From Iphione sp. A-MEVVRFRX5 (lineage: Eukaryota), in assembly GCA_976226885.1 (NCBI GenBank), contig OZ320313.1, positions 136,710,001 through 136,774,000 of the forward strand: DNA of 64,000 nt. The letters run 5' to 3'. The first letter of the stretch is position 1; the number at the start of each line of letters is the position of its first letter. Positions 38,601 to 50,800 of the stretch are shown piece after piece. The notes beneath the pieces were generated by a model. It made no database searches. It was not told the DNA's origin and saw only the letters and a program-made list of their open reading frames with translations. Both the position numbers and the translations under genes were made by a program.

Positions 38601-40670
38601 GGTTCATCTTTCTTAGAACCTTAACTTTCATTTGACAGAAGTTTCATGAAAATCGGACTACTAGAGCCAGATGTTTTTGGCCTGATAAGACAGACTATCT
38701 TGACTTCTCATACCTAATACTGTTGTAAGCTGATAAACAATTGTCGTAGCCCCTTTACATGAATCACTAAGCGCCCTATGACGTGTTTCGGTGATAGGTT
38801 AATTGGACATATTTGCACTGTGAATTTTCATTTCAATGATTTTTCCCTTGTATACATTTTATTCAATCCCCTTCGACAGCGATGCAGTTATAAAAGATTT
38901 GTTCTATGGAAGATGACCAGATACTTAGATGTGAAATTCAGCAGCGTACATTCAACACTGCCCAGTCGGGTATGAGAATAATTCTAGACGGGACGTCCTC
39001 TCCAGACAACTGAGGCTCGTAGAAATATATGTCATCTTCATAGGAATTTTCACTTACATCTCATCAGTAAGAGTAATCTTACAGAACAAAGCGTACTTTT
39101 ACCTGGAAAGGCACTCCACCCAATAAATTTAGCAAATACAATCAGACAGATTAGGCTTGCACGGCTGGCCTGCAAATATAACGATGATATATGTTTGGAT
39201 TCAATCAATACTAATCTTCCGATGAAACTACTTGAATGTATCACAACCCTGGATGAAATGCCAATAACTACGCAGACATAAATATTGGTACTGAATGAAA
39301 TGCTGCTATCAACACCGAATGCACACTTACTTTAAACGGAAACTGTTCATTGTTTGCGTTCTCCACATTGATGAACAATTATCGTTTTCATTCTAAATAT
39401 CCCTTCTTCCCAATAGCTACGAGATTCCTCTATTTAGACTCCTGAAAATGAAAGTGTCTGATTAAAAAGGTACCACTTTTAGATGAACAGTCACAAAGAC
39501 TAGCAGACAGACAGCAGCCTATCGAGCCATAACAGCGCTTAAAGAGGAGGCGGATTAAGGTGTTTATGGACAATCTGTCACTTGGCAAGACTATGGAAGT
39601 ACCACCTATTCACATGACGAAGCTACGTGCTGCTTGCGATGTGACAGTGCGCTGCACTAATTAGCAGCATGGTAATAATAATTATTGGTGATGCCTCGTG
39701 TGGTTTGGCACTTGTCAGTCCTGACCAAGGCTGTACTACATGGTAAAAATTCACTCAACCACCAGCCTGAATATATGAACAATCTTAATCAAGAACCAAA
39801 TTTACACTCTTATTTTGATTCCACTAACCAAAAAATTAACAAATCCCAAGCGTGGTCCTTATATGGAGGGTTTCTCCTGCATTTAGTACCATAGTATCCA
39901 ATCTGTTAACCTGTACTTTATAGATAACAATGTACTACATACACCACAGACTATCCCAGTTTCATAGGGCTTAAAGAAATAGATGCAACTTTCTTCAGCA
40001 CATACATGTACATTATCGAGAAGTGAATTTATGTACATAAAATATGCGAACATCACAAAAACATCTTTTCATACAACATATATTAAGGAGCCCCATATAC
40101 CAAGAAAATAACCCACAACCAACATCAGCAGAAGACTGAAAAAAGGTTCAGTTTCCTGACGAAAGCACAACATTAGGCAATGTTACTGACACTATTATAT
40201 CTTGAAAATACCTATTTTACCTATGACCTTTGGGAGCAGCTGTATCCAAGATTAAAATTCCGAGACAGACGTTGTTTAAGATTAACCTCTAAATGTATAT
40301 ATATATTCATCACAACCAGACGCAGAACACCAATATACAACAATGACCGACAAAAAAAACTTGCATAATATGCATCATTTTTTGCATGGAAATGGTTATT
40401 CAATATTCTATTCCACATGGGCACAGACATGATTTTAAATGATGACTGCATACTTGGTTCAATGTAATAAAAAATACTGTAGTATGTAAAAATGATGATA
40501 CACATCATTCCAAAAAGTATGAGAAATCAAAAATAGATTTATGAACTAATCATTTCTATTTCAAGATGCACATAAATATGTATATCTATACATATGAATT
40601 AAAATTAGAAGGCTTCTTAACCTTTATATGTATGCATATACATGTAAATGCATAAATAATATATATATTC

Positions 40671-42280
40671 CTATGTTATCATGGAATTTCTTGGTTTCCT
40701 AGAATCATAATGATTTAACTCAGGAACCTTCTCCATCAGCCAAGGCCATAGAACTTTGGCCATATCTACACTTGACTCGAGGCAGAAGGCATGTTCCATC
40801 TTGCGTGTATCCAGACGGATATCCCCCGTTGGATGAGTGCGCTTCATATCCTCATAGTAACTGATGGGACACCATTCATCAGTCGTGCCATAGTAGAAGA
40901 GAAGGCGGTGAAGGTTGGCACGGATTACATCATGGTCAGCATGAACAACACGGTCCATCTCTGAGCGTCCCATTGTGATCACATGGGCCACTGCCCATGG
41001 CTCTATCAGTTTCAAGGTGGCCTTCAGGGTGCACTCTGGCACATTCTTCTGGCCAAAGTACCAGCGTGTGAGCCAATGCTGCACCACTGAGGGAAGCAGG
41101 TAGTACACAGGGTAGACGCTCCAGGAAGCCATCCATCCCACATAGCGTAGTACAGGAGTCATCACGGAGCCCTTTGGTGATGTAGCCATACGTTCAATGG
41201 TAGGGAACAGCAGTGCAGCCATGAGAATGCGATCTTTATCGAAGTGAGTCATCATGTGGAGGATGATGTATGCACCGATCGAGTGACCAATGAGGATCAG
41301 GGGTGTTTCACGTGGCAGATGATCACGTACAAAGTTTATTTTGTGCTTCACTTGACCATCAATCTTATAGAAGTCTTCACGTGCAGCTGTAAAAAAAAAT
41401 TCACAGAAAAAGTTATTAAAATCCATGACAGTTCCCTAAATGATAGTTCGGCAAGGCATGTACTGCGTTATTATGAAACTTTAAAAGAAAAGGTATGCAG
41501 ACAAAAAAAGGTGTTCCAGGAATGTACAATAGCCTAAATGGCGAGACAATGTTACGAATCTTTAACCATAAATTGTTCTACATTTTCTTGACCGGCTATA
41601 ATCAATCCTCTCTAAGACTTACTTGGCCGTGGGGCAGTTGAGGGAAGGCTGGTATGACCTGCATGGGAGAGGCACCATACTGGAAACCGCTTACCGTTCT
41701 CCTCCCACAATGTCACCATGAACTGCTCATAGTAGTCAGCCACACCAGGGTTACCTGTAAGTCGAGAAAAAACACTATATGTGTGTCTTACGTCCATACC
41801 TGCAGCCAGCGCAGAAAGCAGCTACATCGAACGGTAATAAGTCCTGGTTTCAGTCATACCCTCAGGCACCATACACAGTCATTAGTACTGCATGCTTGCT
41901 GGAAGTGGTGGAGTGAACTAGTTTGTTAAGTCTGGTTGACAGTAAAGGTGGAACAGTTATGGCAGCCACTGAAGACTAAAGGTACTAGCTGGATAACACT
42001 ATAAATCTTTATTCAACATAACAATGCTATTCATATGAAGGCAATGGGAGAGATAAGAAAGAAGGGCCAGATTTAATATTAACGCAATCGGATGCTATTA
42101 AAAAAAACAGGATGATTTTATTGTATCAAACTTACCAGGGATGATGAGGATTAGTGGGTGGCCAACCTGCAGTTGGCCACACTTGAGTAAGTAGGAGGGC
42201 ACGCCAGCCACCAGCGGGTAGGATTCCTCCAGTGGGGGATCCATAGACACAGAGACACTGTCCCCGGAGGATGCTGCCAT
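40671..42280 (-). CDS. LDAH: Lipid droplet-associated hydrolase (C2orf43-like alpha/beta hydrolase), 330 aa
   Basis: Exons 42136-42280, 41623-41754, 40671-41386 join in frame via GT-AG introns (993 nt). Motifs ILIIPGNPGVADYY, WCLSHAGH, nucleophile GHSIG, LLFPTIERMATSPKG, FYYGTTDEWCP, HAFCL. The start Met could be the second one (MDPPL). Confidence 0.92.
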
Positions 42281-42433
42281 AGTGATACATATTTAGACAT
42301 CACAGACATAAAAGCTGATCAAATTATTTGTTGGTTTATTTTTTAAAAAGATAACATGCAAATAAAGAATGGATCAACCTTCAAAGTTGTATGTGAATCA
42401 CAACATTGAAATGTACAGTAACGCTTCACTAAT

Positions 42434-42782
42434 CATTTCATTTCATTGTATCTTTTACCAGGAACTAGATATCCCTATCACATGATGAGGCTCTTCTATA
42501 TCCTCCTGGGGTAGCATACTACCATCTATTCTTGAGAATTGGGAGACCAGAATACCCGGGGTTGTCCCCCACTCTTATATTGATTAGGTTTCTGGGGTCT
42601 TTTTGTACATAGGGGACAGAATCCTATACACCCACAGCTTTTTTTTTATAAATTGTGGACCACTCTGGGTTGGGGCTACAGTAAATCTGTCTAGTCTTGA
42701 TCAAGAGTCCCAGGCCCAGAATTGAACCTGCAACCTCTCAGTCAGTGAGCCAGTGCTCTACCACTGAGCTAACTCCCCATCC
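42434..42782 (-). mobile_element. tRNA-derived SINE, copy C (most intact, with (GAAAT)n tail)
   Basis: Reverse complement begins GGGGAGTTAGCTCAGTGGTAGAGCACTGG...GGTTCAATTC (box A/B) and is colinear with copies A and B through to GATACAATGAAATGAAATG. Confidence 0.82.
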
Positions 42783-43417
42783 ATGGGGGTCATGCAATGT
42801 GACAAGCTAATTCAGCCAGCATAGAGAGTGACCACATTGCGGCATGGTCTTAGATGTGTACTGAGTTCTGGGCATAGCAGGTCTATGGATCATCTGAAGG
42901 CATCGGGTCAAGGTGTAAGGAAAGATAATGTAAGTACATGTATGGAATATCTGAAGGTATCAGGATAGGCGTGATGCAGGGCACTGTGAGTAAGGAACAT
43001 TTGAAGGAATCTAGGCAAGGTGTGAGGAAGGCATTGTGAGTATGGAACACCCGTTCGAAGAGAGGTAGGGCAGGCTCAGGAGTGGCAGAGGAACCCCAGG
43101 AAAAGCGTGGCAGATTTAAGGAACATCTGAAGGAATTTGGGAGGGCTGAGGAAAGGTGTAAGGAAGGGTGACCAGAGGGAGAGGGAAATGGCTACAGTCA
43201 TCTAAACTTGACTGGATTATTGCCATCCGGTAATTTGTCCACACTGCAGCATACGTATAATTTTTTTCAGGCGATTTTGAGTATTATATCATTTACATGT
43301 ACTTATTTAGATTAAATGATCATGTCAGAAGTGGGCACATATGGCTTAACAGAAACCATCCTTTTGATCAAAGATAGGAAAAAGTTGCCTTGTAAATCAG
43401 TGTTTTGATCACAGACG

Positions 43418-43670
43418 CTCTATGGTGCTATCCCCACGTATGCGGATTGAAAATCCACGTCAGGGATGTTGATGCATGGACACGCGCCAATACGCACCAG
43501 GGCGTGGACCTTATCCTCATGTACGTGGGCTATATGCACTGTTTTCTCTCTATGGCACTATCCCCATGTATGCAGATTTTCAATCTGTGTCAGGGGGCAT
43601 AATGCATGGACACGTGCCAATACACACAAGAGCATGGACCTTATCCCGATGTACGTGTACATAGGCTATA
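43418..43670 (+). repeat. Two diverged tandem copies of a ~130-bp unit
   Basis: CTCTATGG..CTATCCCCA.GTATGC starts at 43418 and 43548; shared GCATGGACACG.GCCAATAC and TGGACCTTATCC. Confidence 0.85.
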
Positions 43671-43696
43671 TATATTCATGTATGTGTACATACACA

Positions 43697-43698
<2 letters not shown>

Positions 43699-43768
<70 letters not shown>
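43699..43768 (+). repeat. (TC)35 microsatellite
   Basis: Direct reading. Confidence 0.95.
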
Positions 43769-43773
<5 letters not shown>

Positions 43774-45160
43774 CAATCTATTTGTTGAAAGTGGTGCAAA
43801 TCTGGCATCTTTTTGTTCAAAGTGAAGCATATTGACAAAAATTTTGCATCTTTTGTTGCAAGTGAGGCATATTGGCGGAAATTTGTGTTTTTATAAAATG
43901 CAAATGATATTGCAAATAAGGTAATAAATTTTATGGAACTTAAGTTCCCACATGTATGTTCCACACAGAATGGGGCGTGCGCCCAGTCCATCTGTGATCA
44001 GCAATACACTCATGTGCACGTGAGCGTGTAACATGCATGCATGAGGTTAGTCACATTTAAATACACTGGTGCGGTTCTCCAGCTGTCCATGCCCCTGCAG
44101 GCAGGAGCGTGAACACATGTATGTTATACGGCAAACCACTGAACATGGCATGTAACAACTTAAGCTGTCGGAAGTCCCCAATTATAAGTTGTCGCTTTGC
44201 ATACAACGAAGGGCCTCAATTTTATTTCTCGTTGTGCACAAGTACAAACATTGATATCACAGAGAGGAAAAAACTTAGTAAAAAAGACAAGATACATACA
44301 GATACATATGCATGTACAGGGTGAGAGAGATGGACCAGTTAACTTAGCCGGTGTCGTCTTCTACGTGTCACAATACACAGGTATTGTAGGTATATTTCGG
44401 CCAAGCGAAACGGGAATTTCGGTCTAATCATAGACAAACCTAACGTTACCTCTCAGAGGTCACTGGAATACTAAATGTGCACTAATTTACACAAACTTAG
44501 GCAAGTTTGTACCGGTATACCATATCTGTCGTACATATAATAACAGTTTTATATGAGGCTGAACAATAACCGAGTCAGATATATCACTAAATATAAGGAT
44601 GTAAAACTACAAAGGTGTACTTTAGTCTAGAGCTAACAGTGGAGGAAAAATGTATGAACTGCGTGTGTACCTGGTGAATACCGGTGTATCCATTTTACAG
44701 AAATGAAAATCCTATAGAATAAAACAAATGATATACTGAATGCATATTTTTCATGTCGACAAACTTTTGCAGATAACCCAGACAAATATATATCACCCCA
44801 GCTGATCATTCTATCAGTCTAGACTGCATGACATGTATGTCGAGTCCTGAAGTGTGACAAGACAGTTTTAACGTGTTTGAAATTCGCCGAAGCAGGACTG
44901 TCTCCAAATGAGGAAAACCATAGTTGTGTACCTGATAAACCTTTAGCGATAAATGAAACTCACCGGCTTCCATTTTTCATATTAGATTCCAGCCCAATGA
45001 AGTGCCTTGATATGAGTTAACGTTGAAATGACGGTGTGTTGATGTTTGCAAGAGCATAAATAATTCATGTCTTCCCAGACCAGCCTCATTACATGAATAT
45101 GATGGAAGTCGATAATAGGTGCCCTCCGAAATTTTCTAAGTCACTGAAAGCATCACTTAC

Positions 45161-45445
45161 CTTGGACCAAAGATTTCCAGCTATGAACAGTGTTCTTAGA
45201 TACTATAAATTTGATAAGAATTTGCCCTTTGACCCTGACCCTGGCCAGATTTACTTTTGACAGGGCAAGCATGTGGCGACACCTCCCGGTTAACAATACA
45301 CGCGTTTACCCATTTTGATTTTGTTGGAGGTTGGAGCAGAGACGCGAAAATAGTAGACCCAGACAGGATCGACCCTGGAGGCGACAAGTGGTTTGATGAA
45401 CTGTGCATGTCTGTGTCTGCGGGAAAACAAGGAAAATGGGCAAGT
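45161..45445. promoter_or_regulatory. Candidate bidirectional promoter / first exons for LDAH (-) and SNRNP48 (+)
   Basis: Minus-strand donor AAG|GTAAGTG at 45161/45160; plus-strand ATGG|GCAAGT at 45436-45445, which would give the phase 1 needed by exon 47865; CpG-containing interval between them. Inference only. Confidence 0.3.
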
Positions 45446-46078
45446 TTTTGTTGTTTTGTCATTAGCTGATGGTTTTCGTCAACACATTATTCATAAGATA
45501 CTCCTATTATCGCCCGAGTGTATTGGAGGGTAGGTAGCCACCTATTTCACCCAAGTTTACCAATGTCGAAGTTTCATCCATGCAGAATTATTTCTTGATA
45601 ATTCAAAAGACTTTATCGCCAACTGTCCTAACACTCCATGTTAACCATATTCCACGGACCCGTCTCCCCTTGAGTGAATATGACGATCCAACTGACGCAA
45701 AGGGAAAGCTGCAAAGCCGTCGACGTCCAGTGATGTTCTCTGTGTGATTAATATGTAATCTTACATCATCAAAGTATTTTGTCATCCCTAACTAAACTGA
45801 AGAGCCATAAGTGCAATTTTGTTTGTGATTATTATTTTAAATGACATAAATAACAGTAGATACAAGGACATGACTTCCTATCAGTGTGTGGAAGGAGAAA
45901 TTTAATTTCTGTGCTATCCTAGTATGCCCTAAAGAAAATTAAATGATATACTGTAGATGCAGTGTTCCCAAGGTGAGAAGAGGGGATCCCTTGTATCTCA
46001 GTATGGGGTCTTTACTAAATGTAAATTGGTCCAAACAACTACATGTAATTTAATCGTCAGCTGGGTGGCTCAAGCAAG

Positions 46079-46738
46079 AACATCAACTTAATTACCAACT
46101 ATCACTTTTACTTGCCCCCACTATTCATCAGGCACAATAATTCTTAGCGTCCCTGTTTGATAAAGGTCTTAGGTATACATGTACATGGAATCTATNNNNN
46201 NNNNNNNNNNNNNNNNNNNNNNNNNNNNNNNNNNNNNNNNNNNNNNNNNNNNNNNNNNNNNNNNNNNNNNNNNNNNNNNNNNNNNNNNNNNNNNNNNNNN
46301 NNNNNNNNNNNNNNNNNNNNNNNNNTCAAACCTGTTTGTCCTCAGGTCTTTTCATTCTCACCAATAAGTTCTTTTGCTCAATGGCTTCGTACCTATATCA
46401 AAAGGTAACAGGTTGACCAGCCAAGTCGGCCGCCAATTTCTGTCAAGTTTGCTGTACCCCATCCTTCCCCTTATCAACTGCAGACTGTAGTGTCAAGTTG
46501 GCAGTACCCCATCCTTCCCCTCATCTCCCCTGCCCCTGTGGTCTGCACCGGGGACTTGTCACACTTGGTGCCATGGAAATTTGTCGGCTACTGACTGTCA
46601 GCTAGTTGTACCGTTGGCATACCAAGAATGACTGCTGGTTAAAACATCAACTGAATTACCAACTATCACTTTTACTTGCCCCTACCATCCATCAAGCACA
46701 ATGATTTTTAGCATCCCTGTTTGATGAAGGTATTAGGT
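46079..46738 (+). repeat. ~95-bp direct repeats 564 bp apart, enclosing an N gap (46196-46325)
   Basis: AACATCAACT.AATTACCAACTATCACTTTTACTTGCCCC...CCCTGTTTGAT.AAGGT.TTAGGTA at 46079 and 46643. Confidence 0.85.
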
Positions 46739-47864
46739 ACATGTAATCTGTTAAATGTGGCCAGATCTACACTTTCATCACTTCTTTCTTATTACACCAG
46801 TGGCTTAGGCACACATACCTGTGGGAGCCACCCATCCATGGTCCGAATGCTCTAGGGCGTGTTGAGTGTAACCCCCCCCCTCCCCCAGACACATTACATT
46901 CAGACGTGGGACATTAGATTTGGGCCAGCAATATCTAATTATCTTTTAAGTGGTTGTTGTGGAAAACAGTTACATTGTTATTGTTAGCACCATGCGGTAA
47001 AGCACAAACTGTTCATAAAATTAATAGGAACAATGTTCACTTCATCCCATCAGGGACTCGGTTTATTGCCTATAATTGTGTTCTTAAACATTTTTTTTCA
47101 GGTAGGAGGGCAAACCAGGTCACTCCGGAACTATTGCAATCTATATTACTAATTAGTGTCTAGATTTAAATCCTTTTTTAAAATTTGTAATTCAGGAAAA
47201 TTACTACAGAGATGAAGAGTGGGTGATAATCAGGTAGTCCATATTCCAATGCGAACTCTTAAGCCTGGTGAAAACAAACCATTGATAATTTAGACATGTG
47301 CTTAATACAAAGGCGGATCAATATATTTCTTCATTATAATGGCTAATTTTGTACTGAAATCAGTGCCAAATAATTAATATGGGACTAAACAGAACAATAG
47401 GTCAAATAGAGAAGTCCACTTCATTTCACCTCCATACCAGGCACGCTGTCCTATATATAGGTCAGGGTACCAGTCTTAACCACCGCTGTGATTTTACCCC
47501 CACTTGAAGAATAGTAGATTATAGAGGAGAAAATTCCGGTCTATACCTGCCTGACAACATACCGGGGCTGACATAATTCGTCGTATCAACGGCTTTTGCT
47601 GCAGTCTCCCTCAGACTCAGAAAGGGTTCTTGATTATAGAGGAACATATTCCAGTCCACCTCTGCCTGACCATATACATGGGCTGACATAAACTGATTGA
47701 AGGATCTACAGGTTTTGGCATTAGTCCCCTTCAGACTCGGAAAGGGTTCCTGGCATAACTGGATTATATGTGCTACCTTCAGAGCTACTTTCGGAGGATT
47801 AGACACAGTTTCAAGACCGCAATCTTCGATTACTATCTCCTAACCTTGCTGGTATGCCTTGCAG

Positions 47865-50800
47865 AGCCTGAACTGACCAGTGAGGAACTTGATGAACGTC
47901 AGCGTCACCTGTCAGAGCTTGGAGAAACATTGGAAGATGCACGAGCTTGGATCCAAGGCGTCTTAGCGGATATAGGATGGACACAGGACCATCTTCTCCA
48001 GAAGGTGAAAGTATAAACAGTTAGCATGGGGCCGGATCATCTGAAGAATCAACAGCACCATCCAAAAGTAGTGGAGGGATAAATGGGCGATATGTACATA
48101 TGATATAAAATGATCTCCGCTACATTTTTCAGAAAAGTTGTGTTTTCGTTTTTCATTTTACGAGTTTTTTCTCCCCAGGATGAAGATTTGGTGGTTTGTC
48201 CGACTGATAAGGGGCATCGGATGCCTGCTAAATCCTTAGAACGACATTCCCGTCTTTGTCCTCTCCTGAAGGATGGGTACAAGAAAGAGGACCTGGTAAA
48301 GTTGACTATTTTAAAACTTATGTCCTTTCTTTAATTCACCGACGGGTTTTGAAACGCTTCCCTCTATGTGCATCTTTTCTTCAAGGCCGAATATTGGATT
48401 TTGTGTGTCTTTTTGGGAAAAAAATCAGTGTTTCTTTATTTGTTTACTTTGAAAGTTATCGTTTGAAAGTCCATATAAGCACGCCAAACCCATTTATGCC
48501 ACAATGAAATATTGTGAGGTTTTCGTATCTTAAATGTACCCAATATATATCCTTGGAATAGGTGGTCGAGCCGAACCATTTTTATGACAAAGCAACGCTG
48601 GTCCAAAATGTGTCACTAGGTAAGTGAATGCCGTTTGTTGAGATTCGTGTCCGGTATTATTTATTTATTACTGCAGACAATGTAGAAATGTAGTGAAGAA
48701 TCCATTTTATACCCAGGTACAAACAACCTATTTCTAAGAATTATGCTGCATAACATTACACTATTAAGGTCACTGTTCCACTGTGTCTGCATCGCACTTA
48801 AGGACAAATCTTACATTCTCTTTCTCTTTTTTACCAGATGATGAAACATTTTTCAGGATTGTCGGCCAGCCTGCAACTGGTAAGAACTAGACGCCTTAAT
48901 CAAGAAAAAATCCTTATTAAAGAAATAATCGAAGATAAGCAATCCACGTACATATTGTAAACCACAAATGTTTTGACGTTAAGTGATAGTGATTTTTATT
49001 AGTAAATTTTGAAGAATTATTGTGATGGAAGTGGTTTAGTTGTGCGACAGTCAGCCCTGATCATCCTGAGCTTTGTGGTCCCTAGATAACGAGAAAGGTT
49101 CACTTAGGTAATCACAGTGAATTGTGGCCTTAGCGCAGTCTGCATTTGGTGCAGCAGATAAGGACATCTGGTTATTGGTTATTCTGTGAACGAAGTCGAA
49201 TATGCTTCTATTAAAAGCGCTGGCAGCTGATGAGACATGATCATGGCTGGGAGGGACTGGTAGCGTGCTTTACCCAAGAAATCCGGCGTGCAGCCCTCAG
49301 CCACAGAACTAGCAACTGGTTCTTTCCTTTCAGGGATGCCTGTGTTACGGCATCAGCCGCAGACAACTGACCGTATGACCACTGACCTCAGCATAGAGCA
49401 GCGAGTCGCTGTATATGAGCACTGTGTGCAACAAGCGAAGGCAGCTGGCAAGCCAGTCACCATGGACGAGGATCAACTGATGCTATTAGAGAAGAAAGGT
49501 TAGTCAGATGACTATGGTGTAACACAACTTGCAAACTGCTTGGTGAGAAATGATTATTCCTGCAATAGCGAGGTATTGAAACATGTTTTTTTAAACATTA
49601 GTACCAGGAGTGGACACAAGGTGTATACTAAAAGTAAGTGTGTACATGCCTGGCTATGGTCACACCATCTGTACGCTATCTCAGTCAGACACCTGTGTCC
49701 ACATCCTGGTACCAAGTCATGATCACATTTCACTGGTAAGTTCATGTAATCCACTGATTTCAATGAAGCTTCAATCCATAATAGGTTAATTTATTACTTC
49801 CTATCTTTAGAGCATTGGAAGAGATGTTAAAATAGCGAGGGGTTATTGTGCATTTTTATGTGCAGTTGGGAGGTAATGATATCGTCTTAGTCTATGAAGC
49901 ATGCTGTGACTGCATGCTGCAGCTGTTTCGATACATGGGCATACATCGCTGTGAAAGTGAGTCAGATCCGCTTGACAGAAACTATACCAGGCATGTTATC
50001 ATGCAATATTGGCATGTTATCATTTTGTATTCTTTGTGTCATTCAACTCTGATAAACTTTTGGTAAAATCCACGCGAGACAGCAGCTGTTTGTTTAGTGT
50101 TTATAGCAGATGAGCAGAGTTTTACAAGAGAAAACACATTTAGATGTCTATGTTGCTTTCAGAGGAGAAGAAGGCTGGTATGACTTTACTGGAGAGACGG
50201 GCTTTGGAGCGTGACATGAAGCGAAGACGGCAAGCTTATCGTGGAAAGAGCACACATACTGGCAAGAAGTCACACCTGGAGGTAAGGCTTCATATTTTTG
50301 TGTCAAAGGAAAGAGAAATATTGTTATCTCCTTACATACTATTTTTTCCTGTAGCACTCTGTCTGTCTGTCCGTCTGTCTGTCTCTTTACGTGCCTCTGT
50401 TTCTTTTCATCTCAGCTCTGTATATTCGTCTGCCTGTGTCTCTCTCTCATTTTGTCCCTTCTATTACTCTTCACCTGTTTCACCTGCTCTCTCTGTGTTG
50501 GTCTCCTGCCACTATCCTATATGTCATTGACACTATAACCCGTGTCATTACTATCATGCAGGTCCTTCGAGAGTTGATTGACACCCAAACTGGCTTGCTT
50601 AGAGAGATGTGGCAAGGAGATCGTGAAGCTTCCAAAGGCACCCTTCCTACCACCCCAGCAGCCGCCGCCAGCAGCAGTAGCAGTCCAAAGCCAGAGGAAT
50701 GGGACAGGTAAGTGAACTTTGATCTATTGAATAAGACTGCAAAACACCACTTGAGCTTAAAAACCATAAAGCCTAATGCTACACTCATCACCAAGCACCG

